Positions 1-9,872 are shown, counted from the first letter of the stretch. The stretch is DNA of 32,000 nt from Promethearchaeum syntrophicum (GCF_008000775.2 NZ_CP042905.2:1500001-1532000), one strand, 5' to 3'. A program made the numbers and translations. The notes: a model not told the origin generated them from the letters alone.

Positions 1-662
1 CAATTGGCACATATTGGAACAAATTCATCAACCACTTGAGTAAGGGCATCCAATTTTTCTTTATTTGCTTGCATTAATAATTTCATTAGATTATGCGATA
101 GATTATAAATGAGAATAGATCCCACAAAACTAAGATTGAGCGTAATCAATCCAAAGAAAATATAAAAAAAAGCCCCTGTTTCTTCTTCGGGAGTTAATCG
201 ATATACCATTGCACTAAAATGCACAATATAAAGAATATTTGCAATGATCGTATGAATAATTATTTGTCTTCGCTGAATTGCATATAGTCCAAGAAGTAGG
301 ATAGTAACTAATAGTAGGGAAATCATTTCATATAAGCGTGATAATGGCATTATTTGATCAGAATACAAAGCTTGAAAAATATAATACCAAAAAAAAGACA
401 CAATGATTAAAGAATATGAATAAACTGCCAATTTTGGATGTCCATGTTTAATAAAAAAGAACATTAAAATTGCAGCAACTAAATTAGTAAGATCGCCCCC
501 CAACATCCACCATCGAAAAGTGTTTAAAAAAGTATTTAAAAGTTGCACGCACATTACTGTAAAAACAAAACCAGCAAGTATAAATAAATATTCCATTTTT
601 TTCTGAATTTCATAACCTTCATCTTGATATTTTTCAAACAAATATGAACGAATTTTATTCAT
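1..662 (-). pseudogene. Multi-TM membrane (signal-transduction-like) protein, apparent 1-nt frameshift, runs off the left edge
   Basis: Reverse-strand translation from ATG at 662: MNKIRSYLFEKYQDEGYEIQKKMEYLFILAGFVFTVMCVQLFKYFFKHFSMVDVGG, then stop soon after a C6 run (496-501). Dropping one base restores an open frame to the window edge: DLTNLVAAILMFFFIKHGHPKLAVYSYSLIIVSFFWYYIFQALYSDQIMPLSRLYEMISLLLVTILLFGLYAIQRRQ...NKEKLDALTQVVDEFVPICAN. Several hydrophobic helices. Could be a pseudogene or a homopolymer sequencing error. Confidence 0.6.
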
Positions 663-980
663 TATTCTTTAAAACAGATGGATTCCTAAATAGATGCTGT
701 TCTGTCTTTAAATATTTGTTAATCCTTTTTAGAATAAGAATTTCTCTCCTATTTGAGATATTACATCCAATTTTATATTTAAAATGTTTAAATCTGAAAA
801 TGCTGAATTTTTCAACATTTACTGTAATTCTTTCTTCACAATAAAATCAGATATACCAATGCAATTTCCATACCCGAGAAACATAGAATTTTGAATGATG
901 GAATTGCCTTTATTTTAATAATAAGAGAATTTAAGTTGAAACAAATATTTTTATGAATAATTATTCATAAAGTGTTAAAT

Positions 981-1145
981 ATGCAGTGGAAGATTGAAGA
1001 TGGTTGTATGGGATGTGGAATATGCACATTTCAATGTCCTGATGGTTTAAAGATGGATAATGGAGTTGCACGAATAATCAATGATTCGTCAACATGCTTA
1101 GTACGAGCTGCGGAAGTATGCCCTAGGCAAATTATCCATCAATGA
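981..1145 (+). CDS. Small single-cluster 4Fe-4S ferredoxin-like protein (54 aa), missing from ORF track
   Basis: Translation MQWKIEDGCMGCGICTFQCPDGLKMDNGVARIINDSSTCLVRAAEVCPRQIIHQ*. CxxCxxCxxxCP cluster motif plus the distal C...CP typical of monocluster archaeal ferredoxins. Confidence 0.8.
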   Translation: MQWKIEDGCMGCGICTFQCPDGLKMDNGVARIINDSSTCLVRAAEVCPRQIIHQ

Positions 1146-1388
1146 TATCAATTGATAATATACAAAATTAGTCAAATTCGATTCTAAATGTCCATGGAAT
1201 TTTTTATTATATTTTTTTTTGAAGTTCCTTAAATTACGATTTTTTGCTTTATTTTGAAGAAGGTCATTTCTCCAACTCAACTCCTTCGCCATTTTCATCT
1301 TAAACATGATTTTTACTTATAGAAAAGGAAAGCTCTTTGAATTTGTGTAATTTTGGAATTCATACTTAGGAATCCATCACCAAAAGAC

Positions 1389-1920
1389 TTTTTGGAGCAC
1401 TTAGCACTCCGAAAGTATTAAATAATCTGCCGACAAAATAATAATTACCGCCAATCTACTCGTTGCAGGCGGATCCCAAGGGGACTGGAGAACAATGTTC
1501 TTTTTATGTGACTCGGTTCGCCCGATCATATCGAAAAAAAATTTGTCATTCCTTTGCGTGAGATCCGAATTCCAAGACCATTCTTGGGATTTGAAGCTCG
1601 AGGTCACCCATCTTTCAAAGACTTTGGCTAACCTCCGTGAAAACTTACAGGGAAGATCCACAGAAAGCTTCTTTTCCAGGTGATCACGGGAGTGGTCATT
1701 TAATAAAATATTGTCACGCCTCACAGCATTGGATGCAGAGCCTTTTGGGATCTTTTTTGGCTTTGCATCCGCTTTGAGGGTCTGAACAGACCGTGTAAGG
1801 ACCAATCCCTTGTGAGATCCGCGTGAAATGGTGTGATATTGGCGAAAATCCTTTCATTGGTAAAAAATCCGACCAAAAGAAAGAATTGAGAGCAATTGCA
1901 ACGAACAATTGCTCTCGGTG
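1389..1920 (+). ncRNA. Structured non-coding 5' flank of IS110-family element; candidate bridge RNA region
   Basis: Multiple clear hairpins read directly: 1391-1397/1407-1413, 1568-1577/1582-1591 (loop CCAT), 1681-1687/1692-1698 (loop GGGA), 1731-1742/1759-1770, 1779-1783/1788-1792 (loop GAAC), 1888-1898/1906-1916 (perfect 11 bp). Located immediately 5' of an IS110 recombinase, where IS110-group elements encode bridge RNA. Exact RNA ends and even strand are unproven. Confidence 0.5.
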
Positions 1921-1954
1921 ATGGATTCAATCAACCTGAATCCAGTGAGTTACA

Positions 1955-3490
1955 ATGAGTCATAATCCCTCAAAAAGCTTTAGGAAAAAAACAACCCGTC
2001 GAAAATCCAGGAGAAGTTCTCAAGGATCTACTTCATCTGGTGCTGAAATTGAAATTGTCCGATATGGGGTCGGCTTAGATGTTCATAAGGAGAACATTGT
2101 GGTGAGTGTCGCGGCCCAAACTGAGCAAAACTTGATTATTCAAATTCGAACCCATAAATTTCGAAATCAACCTCAAGGATTGCAGGAATTAACCCAGTTC
2201 TTACAGAAATATCTTCCCGTTTCCCATTATTTAATGGAATGCACAGGCATATATCATCGACCTGTATATCACGCCTTGGAAGATGCATTTCCGAATTCAA
2301 AGACGAAAATTATTGCAATGAATCCATTATTGGTCCACCGTAAATTGACCGATTTGGGAAACAAACATGATAAAGCAGATGCTCAAGGCATGGCAGAACT
2401 TAGCTTCTACGATCGATTAATACGACCAAGTTATATCGGTACTCCCGAGTTTTTCCATTTGCGGGATACTCTGCGAAATTACAAGCATGCAAAGAAAGCA
2501 GCTAATAAATACGTGAATCGTATTCATCGAGTATTATGCAGTGTCAATTTCATGCATAAACTTAATCTTCATCATGAATGGGAATTACACTTGCTCGATT
2601 TTATGATTACAACTGAAGGTCCGATGAAACGGGCATTTAAAGCAATGGTAGAATCATCTCAGTTAGAAAAGCGATCAATCAGCAGCTTGATGAAACATCA
2701 AGATGATTATGTGCCTTATTTTAACATAGAACTTCCCAAAACTTCTCGGTTCAACTTGCGACAATTAGTCATCCAATATCTCCAAGCAGAAACAAATGCT
2801 GCCCAATATTTATTGCAAACCGAAAAACAAATTCTTAAGGATGCTGAATTCGAATATTGGTACCTCCAACTTCTCCGAATTCCCTGTGTAGGGCAAGTTT
2901 CCGCCTTGCGTTTAATTACTGAATTAGGGGATTTTCGACGGTTTGTCAATTGGAAGGCTTTTGCTAAATATTGCGGAGTAGTTCCTGAAATAAAGGAAAG
3001 TGGAGGAACATTTACTCCCGGTCATATCAATCGGTTTACTAATACTCATCTTCGGACCGCCTTATCACAAATTGCCATGTTATATGTCAACGGTTATGCC
3101 AAGGGAAGCGACTTAGCTAAATTTGCTCATCGCCAGTATGTTTTAAGAGGACTTCCTTACAAGAAAGCCGTGATGCGAGTGGCTCAAAAACTCAGTCGCA
3201 TTATATATCAAGTCCTAGTAAATAATGTTTCCTATGATGCGACTTTTGAACAAACCAAGGCGAAAATACAGCGATTGCAGCGCCGAAATACCAAACACGG
3301 TACAATGTTAGAATTTCCCCAAACTCGCAGTCTCCGTCGTGATATATCTCAACTTTTGGTTACCAACTCACAATATATGACCTCCAAAAGTCGCTTCTTC
3401 TTGATAAAGGGTTTCCAACAATTGATACGGAAGGCAAATGTAGTGGAACTGCAAGGGACTAAGGTGGATTCAAAAAAAAATAAGATTTAG
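1955..3490 (+). mobile_element. IS110-family DEDD recombinase/transposase (511 aa)
   Basis: N-terminal 'YGVGLDVHKENIVVSV', 'YLMECTGIYHRPV', 'HDKADAQGMAEL' match DEDD RuvC-like motifs of IS110; C-terminal Transposase_20-like 'IPCVGQVSALRLITELGDFRRFVNWKAFAKYCGVVPEIKESGGTFTPGHINRFTNTHLRTAL'. Confidence 0.93.
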
Positions 3491-3497
3491 TCTTTAA

Positions 3498-3530
3498 TGG
3501 GGGTCAACGACCCCCAGGCTAAATTTTTTT
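3498..3530 (+). terminator. Intrinsic-terminator-like hairpin after the IS110 recombinase
   Basis: Perfect 8-bp stem TGGGGGTC-AAC-GACCCCCA (3498-3516) followed shortly by a long T-rich tract (about 3524 onward), 7 nt after the CDS stop. Could instead be part of the IS right-end structure. Confidence 0.5.
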
Positions 3531-3599
3531 TCTTTTTTTCTTTCAATTTTAGGAAACATTTTCATTCTGTATTAATCACATAAAACAGGTTCTAATTTT

Positions 3600-3716
3600 C
3601 CCCTGTTCGATTTATCCGTAAGCAAATCTTCCATTGTTTCCAGCTAATATCATTTTATTTGATTGGTTTGCAATTTGCACAAACTAGAACGAATTCATCA
3701 ACAACTTGAGTAAAAA
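3600..3716 (-). pseudogene. Decayed fragment homologous to the left-edge membrane protein gene
   Basis: 3671-3713 matches window positions 1-43 at 37/43 identical bases. Reverse-strand translation TQVVDEFVLVCANCKPIK*NDISWKQWKICLRINRTGEN* resembles the 'ICANCKKIRD...W..VE.YI' segment found in signalling proteins but carries stops. Confidence 0.55.
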
Positions 3717-3741
3717 AATTGATAATCAAGCAATTTTTAAT

Positions 3742-6700
3742 TTAATCCGAATTTAAATCTGAATTGCTTGAATTTTCCAACTTTTCGTTTATTTTTTTGT
3801 TTACAATAGATTCCAGTTTTTTCTTCTGATTCAAGCGGATCTTGATACCTATTATTCCAAAACCAAATGTCATAATTGTTCCAAGTATAGTCCAAAATAG
3901 ACCGTTCTTATAAAAAGGGACTTCATCACCAGGATCCATTGGATCAAGAGGATTTGTTTCATGCTCAATCTCCCATCCATCTTGATATCCATCTCCATCA
4001 GTATCTGCAATATTCGGATCGGTGTTATATTCATATTCTTGTAGATTTGTTAAAAGATCCAAATCTTTATCTTCATCTGCATCTTCAGCATCTCCAGCAT
4101 TAAATCCATTTTCATACTCCCATAGGTTAGGCATTCCATCTTCATCATAATCAAGTTCGGTATCATCAACCAGAGGATCAAGTCCACTGCTAACTTCATA
4201 GGCGTCATCCATTAAATCATTATCTGTATCATTATCAAAAGGATCTGTTCCCGCGTTAAACTCTTCTAAATTAGTGAGAGCATCTTCATCTTCATCATCA
4301 TTTGCATCATCTACAAGAGGGTCAAGTCCCTGCGTGATTTCATAACCATCATCCATTAAATCATTATCTGTATCATTATCAAAAGGATCTGTTCCTCTAT
4401 TAAATTCCTCTATATTCGTGAGTGTATCCGCATCTGCATCGTCATTAGCATCATTTACCAGCGGATCAAGTCCATTGTTTACTTCATAACCATCACCCAT
4501 TAAATCGTCATCAGTATCAATATTATTAGGATCTGTTCCTCTATTAAATTCCTCTATATTCGTGAGTGTATCCGCATCTGCATCGTCATTAGCATCATTT
4601 ACCAGTGGATCAAGATCATTGTCTACTTCATACCCATCATCCATTAGATCATCATCACTATCATCATCATTAGGATCAGTACCATGGACCTGAATTTCAT
4701 TATAATCATTAACATTGTCATCATCACTATCTGCATCAAAACGATCTGTAGGCTCATTTCCGTATCCATCATTTAATGTTCCGTAAACCTCCTCATAATC
4801 TAACAATCCGTCTGAATCCGAATCTTGATATAATGAAGAATCGGGATATTTCATGGGCAGATAATCGATACCTTTAGGTGTTATAATTACCGGATCATCG
4901 ATAATACCGTTTCCGTCAACATCCGGAGTTGTAACATTGTCCCAATAGTTTCCCTTTTCTGTATTGTTCCATGAATTACTTCCCAAGTCGTGTGCATGAA
5001 TGTTATTTGAATTAAATATATTTCCGTAAATTAAATTATAATTCACAGTGCTTTCATCTATAAAAATTCCTCTATCTGCATGATTTTGAATTCTATTATC
5101 ATAAAAAAGTCCTCCATTGCTTGAAGCAGTAAAATAAATGCCTCCTGCATTATTATCAAAAGTATTATTGAAAAATGTCGAATTTATGGATGTGTGAATG
5201 TAAGCTCCATATCCACCATTATTTTTAATTGTATTATTTTCAAAACTATTCCAATCTGCTCCATCTCTTAAATAAATACCTTGATACAAGTGATCTTCAA
5301 TAGTATTGTTAATAATCTCGTTTGAGGAAGACCCAAAGCGTAATTGAATTCCGTAACCATTATCCCTAATTTCACAATTTTTAATTTCATTATCTTCTGA
5401 ACTTCCTATATATACACCATAACCATTGTCTTTAATTTCACACTTGGTTATTATATTGTTTTGACCATTCTCTTCAATATTGATACCGTAAGTGCTCGTA
5501 AACATTTCATAATTATTATTAATAATGCAATTTTCAATAGTATTAAATGATGATCCATCCTGTAGAGAAATGCCTTCCCACCCATTACTCGCATTGCAAT
5601 CTTCAATAACAACATTATGGGAATTTATCAAAGTAATACCATGGGTTGCTTTAGATACATTTTGATTTTGAATTTGTGCAGTATCACACCCAATTAAGTA
5701 GATCTGACCCGCGTTTGTGAAATCTGAATTATCTAAATCATTCTGATTAACGTAATAATAGAATTTTCTTCCATTTACTGTATTATTTTCGGAATAAAAA
5801 GTGAGTGATTCTAATTCTTCATTTTCTCCAGAAATCTCATAGCCTCCACCGTTTATTAAAGCATTGCCTCCGAAAATTCCCCCATCAATGTTTACAATAT
5901 TAATTCCAATAACATTCTTGGCATCGACTGTATTATTATATACTTTCAGATCGGTAATTCCACTTAATGAGAGTCCATAACTCTGAAAGTGTCCATTTGT
6001 ATATACCGTGTTGTTTATAATAGTGAGATTAGTAATACTAGTTCTACAATCTATCCCTGTAGCAGAGTCTGCTGTTAAATCTATACTATTATTTTCGAGG
6101 AGAGTATCTTGGATATTTGAACGCACATTAATTCCATTATCATCACTTCCCGTGATTTGGTTATGTTTAACTTGGTTTCCATTTGAATACGTGTAAATAT
6201 CAATACCATCACCACAATCAATAATTGTGGTGTTAAGGATGAAATTATCATTAGAATACCAAGTCAAAAAAATTCCATCAAAAATATTAGACTCGAATGT
6301 ACTATCTGCAATCGTGTTATTCTTGCTATTCCAAGCTAGGTAGACACCAAAATCATTTGAAGATGACGTACAGTTTACTATTGTTCCGTTACATGTTTCT
6401 TCAAAATAGATTCCAGCATCTACAAACCCAGTAGCGGATACATTTTCAATTCTAAAATAATAATTTTTCGAATTCATGATTATTAAACCATCATCACTTC
6501 CAGGAGAGAGAATCAAATCTTCAATTACATAAGGATCCTCAAATGTTCCTGAACCGCTGCACCATGGTTGATTCACTGCCCAGTTCCAATTACCAGAATT
6601 TGAAGTGTTAAAGCCTTGTGTAGGATCAATAGTTAATGTGGTGTTAGTATAACTTGCATTTGGTTTATTTTGTGAGAAAGTAAAGTTAGATTCTAGTTCA

Positions 6701-6837
6701 TGATTGAACGCAACCAAAATAAGTGAATTTATTATCAAGCTTATCAAAATTATACCCAAGATTAGTGAACTCCTAGAAGATGATCTAATCTTTGGTCTCC
6801 AATTAAATTGTAATCTTATTTTCATGCATCCCATCAC
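3742..6837 (-). CDS. Large surface protein: signal peptide/TM, parallel beta-helix (NosD/PbH1-like) repeats, Ca-binding DxDxDG repeats, C-terminal TM anchor (1031 aa)
   Basis: N-terminal hydrophobic segment 'LILGIILISLIINSLILVAF'; many 'N.I..N.I..N..GI.L....N.I..N' beta-helix rungs; tandem 'DTDNDLMDDGYE...GLDPLVDDANDDED.DALTNLEEFN.GTDP' repeats; C-terminal 'FWTILGTIMTFGFGIIGIKIRLNQKKK'. Confidence 0.88.
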   Translation of the reverse strand: MMGCMKIRLQFNWRPKIRSSSRSSLILGIILISLIINSLILVAFNHELESNFTFSQNKPNASYTNTTLTIDPTQGFNTSNSGNWNWAVNQPWCSGSGTFEDPYVIEDLILSPGSDDGLIIMNSKNYYFRIENVSATGFVDAGIYFEETCNGTIVNCTSSSNDFGVYLAWNSKNNTIADSTFESNIFDGIFLTWYSNDNFILNTTIIDCGDGIDIYTYSNGNQVKHNQITGSDDNGINVRSNIQDTLLENNSIDLTADSATGIDCRTSITNLTIINNTVYTNGHFQSYGLSLSGITDLKVYNNTVDAKNVIGINIVNIDGGIFGGNALINGGGYEISGENEELESLTFYSENNTVNGRKFYYYVNQNDLDNSDFTNAGQIYLIGCDTAQIQNQNVSKATHGITLINSHNVVIEDCNASNGWEGISLQDGSSFNTIENCIINNNYEMFTSTYGINIEENGQNNIITKCEIKDNGYGVYIGSSEDNEIKNCEIRDNGYGIQLRFGSSSNEIINNTIEDHLYQGIYLRDGADWNSFENNTIKNNGGYGAYIHTSINSTFFNNTFDNNAGGIYFTASSNGGLFYDNRIQNHADRGIFIDESTVNYNLIYGNIFNSNNIHAHDLGSNSWNNTEKGNYWDNVTTPDVDGNGIIDDPVIITPKGIDYLPMKYPDSSLYQDSDSDGLLDYEEVYGTLNDGYGNEPTDRFDADSDDDNVNDYNEIQVHGTDPNDDDSDDDLMDDGYEVDNDLDPLVNDANDDADADTLTNIEEFNRGTDPNNIDTDDDLMGDGYEVNNGLDPLVNDANDDADADTLTNIEEFNRGTDPFDNDTDNDLMDDGYEITQGLDPLVDDANDDEDEDALTNLEEFNAGTDPFDNDTDNDLMDDAYEVSSGLDPLVDDTELDYDEDGMPNLWEYENGFNAGDAEDADEDKDLDLLTNLQEYEYNTDPNIADTDGDGYQDGWEIEHETNPLDPMDPGDEVPFYKNGLFWTILGTIMTFGFGIIGIKIRLNQKKKLESIVNKKINEKLENSSNSDLNSD
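4100..4670 (-). repeat. In-frame 48-aa (144-bp) tandem repeats inside the surface protein gene
   Basis: 'gttcctctattaaattcctctatattcgtgagtgtatccgcatctgcatcgtcattagcatcatttaccag' starts at 4391 and again at 4535 (144 bp apart); additional diverged copies to the left and right. Confidence 0.85.
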
Positions 6838-6913
6838 GCAATTTTTCGGTTTAATCTAAAATATAATTAAATGCCTACATATTTTAGCAGATTAAATCCT
6901 AAAAAAATGATTA

Positions 6914-7714
6914 CTAGGGAATTCGTTTTTTGTGGATTCGTTTTACAATAATAGCAGCAAATGCTGCTGCCCCAAATCCATTATCAATATTTACCACTGC
7001 TAAGCCTGGAGAGCAAGATTGAAGCATTGTGGTGATCGCGCCCTTCCCTTTTTCTCCTATACCATATCCACTAGAACAAGGTATTCCAATGACTGGGATA
7101 TCTACTAAAGCAGAAACTATACCGGGTAAGGTTCCTTCCATTCCCGCGACTACAAGGATGACATCCACATTCCTAGTAATCATTTCTTTTAAAGCAGGAA
7201 AAATTCTATGCATTCCAGCGATCCCAACATCATAACTGTTTACAATAGTAATCCCCATAGCTTTAAGTAAGAGGGTTGCTTCTTCTGCCACAGGTATATC
7301 CGATGTACCTGCAGTAATTATTCCTACCGTGCCTTCTTGTTTATGGAAGCTATATGATTTTTTCGCAATATAGGCCGTTTTTGCCGTTTTGTTAAAGTCA
7401 CAAACAAAATCCTTCTTATCTTTGTAAATTGATTCTAATTTCCCAAAATATTCAAAAGGAAGTCGCGTAATAATAACGAAATTATTTTTATCGAGCATTT
7501 TTTTCGCAATTTCAAGAACCATGTTAACCGTTTTACTTTCAGCAAATATTACCTCGGGGATCCCAGTTCTTATGTGCCGACTAAAATCCAAATGAGCCAT
7601 TTTATCAAGTTCATCAATATAATCTAATTTTATCAATTCTTCTGCTTGTTCAATTGTGATTTCTTTGGATAATAACGCATCCAAAATCTCTTTAAGGGTT
7701 TTCATTAGGATCAA
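6914..7714 (-). CDS. larB: Nickel pincer cofactor biosynthesis protein LarB-like (AIR carboxylase/NCAIR mutase-related)
   Basis: 'GTVGIITAGTSDIPVAEEATLLLKAMG', 'DVGIAGMHRIFPAL', 'DVILVVAGMEGTLPGIVSALVDIPVIGIPCSSGYG', 'CSPGLAVVNIDNGFGAAAFAAII'. Confidence 0.85.
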   Translation of the reverse strand: MILMKTLKEILDALLSKEITIEQAEELIKLDYIDELDKMAHLDFSRHIRTGIPEVIFAESKTVNMVLEIAKKMLDKNNFVIITRLPFEYFGKLESIYKDKKDFVCDFNKTAKTAYIAKKSYSFHKQEGTVGIITAGTSDIPVAEEATLLLKAMGITIVNSYDVGIAGMHRIFPALKEMITRNVDVILVVAGMEGTLPGIVSALVDIPVIGIPCSSGYGIGEKGKGAITTMLQSCSPGLAVVNIDNGFGAAAFAAIIVKRIHKKRIP

Positions 7715-7751
7715 TATGGGTTATTTTAATTTATTAAATAGAATTTAATTA

Positions 7752-8804
7752 TTAATCATTAGGATTATTTTCACAATAATCCACAATATATTCATTTTCA
7801 TTTCTTTTTCGGATGTTGTCTAAATAATTTAATTTTAATGCGGTTTCTTGTTTTGTAATAACAGAAAAGCCTAATTTTTCATTATTATACTTGGTTGGAC
7901 CTTTAATCTTAGTTCTTTTATTAATGAAATCAATGTGGTTTTTGATTCTTCTCTTTATGTAGTTATTCGCAATAGGTTTTAAATTTTCAATATTTGATTC
8001 TATAATATCTTTCATAGAAATATCTATTTCAATCCCAATACTATTCCGTTCGGAAGTCATTGCCGCAATACTAGTTGTACCAGTTCCTAGAAAAGGATCA
8101 AGAATTGTATCTCCCTTTGTTGAGAACATATTAGCTAATCTATATGCCAATTCAAATGGGAAGGCTGCACTTCTTTTTCTTGTGAGTTTATTATTTAGAT
8201 TTTGTGAAATTCCTTTAAAATCCCAGATATCAGAGAACCAGATATTTCTCTCTTCCCAAAAATATGAACTTTCCCTACGATTTATCTTCCGATTTTCTTC
8301 TTTGAAATCTCTTTTATTGCCTTTTCTAAATATTAAAATAAATTCATGTTCTAAAGTAACATACGCCCCTGGAGGAAGCATTCCAGATCCCATGAATTTA
8401 TTAGGGGCATTGGTCTGTTTTCTCCATATAATTTCTGGTAAAGATTGAAATCCTAATTCTAAAAAATGCTCAATAATTCTTGCATGAGATGGAAAAAGTT
8501 GGAATTTTTTATCTATTGTTCTTGTTGCATCACCTATATTAATGCAAACAATTCCTCCCGGAACAATAACTCTAAATAATTCACACCAGACTTTCTTTAA
8601 TTCTTCATGCATAAGCTGAAATGCTTTCTCACTTTCGGATTTTTCCAAGGCATCTTTAATTTTGGAATTTTGATTGCAGAAAATTTCATCCCACATTTCA
8701 ATCATTGGATACGGTGGAGAAGTAATTACCAATTCAATAGATTCATCTTTAATTTCTCCTAGATTATCCGCAGATTTGTAAATAAATTTATGCGATGTGT
8801 TCAT
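7752..8804 (-). CDS. DNA methyltransferase (N6-adenine/N4-cytosine type, TSPPYP ... DPFLGTGTT)
   Basis: Catalytic 'LVITSPPYPMI' and SAM-binding 'LDPFLGTGTTSIAAMTSERNSIGIEID'. Confidence 0.87.
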   Translation of the reverse strand: MNTSHKFIYKSADNLGEIKDESIELVITSPPYPMIEMWDEIFCNQNSKIKDALEKSESEKAFQLMHEELKKVWCELFRVIVPGGIVCINIGDATRTIDKKFQLFPSHARIIEHFLELGFQSLPEIIWRKQTNAPNKFMGSGMLPPGAYVTLEHEFILIFRKGNKRDFKEENRKINRRESSYFWEERNIWFSDIWDFKGISQNLNNKLTRKRSAAFPFELAYRLANMFSTKGDTILDPFLGTGTTSIAAMTSERNSIGIEIDISMKDIIESNIENLKPIANNYIKRRIKNHIDFINKRTKIKGPTKYNNEKLGFSVITKQETALKLNYLDNIRKRNENEYIVDYCENNPND

Positions 8805-8825
8805 GCTTATCTGTCCTGAGATATT

Positions 8826-9872
8826 TTATGACTTAATAAATTTAAAAAGTGTGCTGTTTTTATCATTATCCAGATTTAGTTTTTTTCTTATTTTTTCAAC
8901 AATATTCGAACTAATATTCATTTTCTCAAGAGTATCTAGAAGAATTTCTAGATTGATTCTATCTTTTTTTGTTTTCAAATCTGATAATTCTGTGTTTGTG
9001 TTTTCTAATAATTGTAGTAATGTTTTAATTGATCTTTCATAATGAGGAATCAAAATAGGTGTTTTTGGTTCATATTGGCTCTTATTAATAATTGTTTCTT
9101 TGATGAGATTTTCACGAGGGAACATTTCATAACCATATCCTTGTAATCCTAAAGAATTAGCGGCAGCCAGTGTTGTTCCAGTTCCTAAAAATGGATCTAA
9201 AACGGATTTTGCATTAGGTACGGCTTTAATACAGGAATATGGTAATCCAATTGGAAATGGAGCATCATGACCTTTTTTAATTGTCGCTCCTGTAGTTTTT
9301 TCATAGCAAATATGAAGCAAATTTCCAGGATCCCGTAAATCTGAACTTCCATATCTTCCTATATTCGATTTATCTGCATATGGTATTCCAATTGCTTTGG
9401 GATTTAATTCATATTTTTTTTTATCTTTTACAAAGAGGAATATATGTTCCCATACATTATTAAAACGTTTGTTTCCTCCTGAAGGAGTATAATGTCCTTT
9501 TCCATATATAGATTTTACCCAAATAATATCTTGTATACGTATCCAACCTGCTTGTTCTGTAGAATTTGCTACTTTTTCTGATAAACCTTGAGTTGTTGCA
9601 GAATCGCCAATGTTTAAAAAAAACACTGCTTTTTCTGAAGAAACACGAAAGCATTCTTTCCAGACCCTATTCAACATTTGAAAATATTCTTTTTCTGGAA
9701 GTGAATCATTATATTTTACATTTGAATCAGAAGAATAATGTTTTCCACGATTATATGGGGGAGAAGTTATTATGATATCGATAGTGTCATCTTGAATTTC
9801 ATCCATTTTCTCTGATGATTTAAAATAAACTGTTTGATTGTCAATAACTAACATTTTCGAAGATCCATGCAT
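8826..9872 (-). CDS. DNA methyltransferase (N6-adenine/N4-cytosine type, TSPPYN ... DPFLGTGTT)
   Basis: 'DIIITSPPYNRGKHY' and 'SVLDPFLGTGTTLAAANSLGLQGYGYE'; 21-nt gap to the downstream methyltransferase gene, same strand. Confidence 0.87.
   Translation of the reverse strand: MHGSSKMLVIDNQTVYFKSSEKMDEIQDDTIDIIITSPPYNRGKHYSSDSNVKYNDSLPEKEYFQMLNRVWKECFRVSSEKAVFFLNIGDSATTQGLSEKVANSTEQAGWIRIQDIIWVKSIYGKGHYTPSGGNKRFNNVWEHIFLFVKDKKKYELNPKAIGIPYADKSNIGRYGSSDLRDPGNLLHICYEKTTGATIKKGHDAPFPIGLPYSCIKAVPNAKSVLDPFLGTGTTLAAANSLGLQGYGYEMFPRENLIKETIINKSQYEPKTPILIPHYERSIKTLLQLLENTNTELSDLKTKKDRINLEILLDTLEKMNISSNIVEKIRKKLNLDNDKNSTLFKFIKS

Noticed and set aside
644-844. 66-aa plus-strand ORF
   Set aside because: AT-rich, overlaps the start of the minus-strand membrane gene, no coding support.
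1098-1307. 69-aa minus-strand ORF
   Set aside because: Overlaps the clearly recognisable ferredoxin ORF (981-1145) and has no identifiable motif.
1401-1930. Track ORFs 1401..1805, 1495..1683, 1714..1908 and 1721..1930 as genes
   Set aside because: They overlap one another in different frames across a strongly hairpin-rich, non-coding IS110 flank; no recognisable protein features.
4100-4670. 144-bp repeats as an independent non-coding repeat element
   Set aside because: They are in frame and encode the Asp-rich calcium-binding repeats of the surface protein.
7029-7235. Plus-strand ORF inside larB-like gene
   Set aside because: Antisense to a well-supported conserved CDS.
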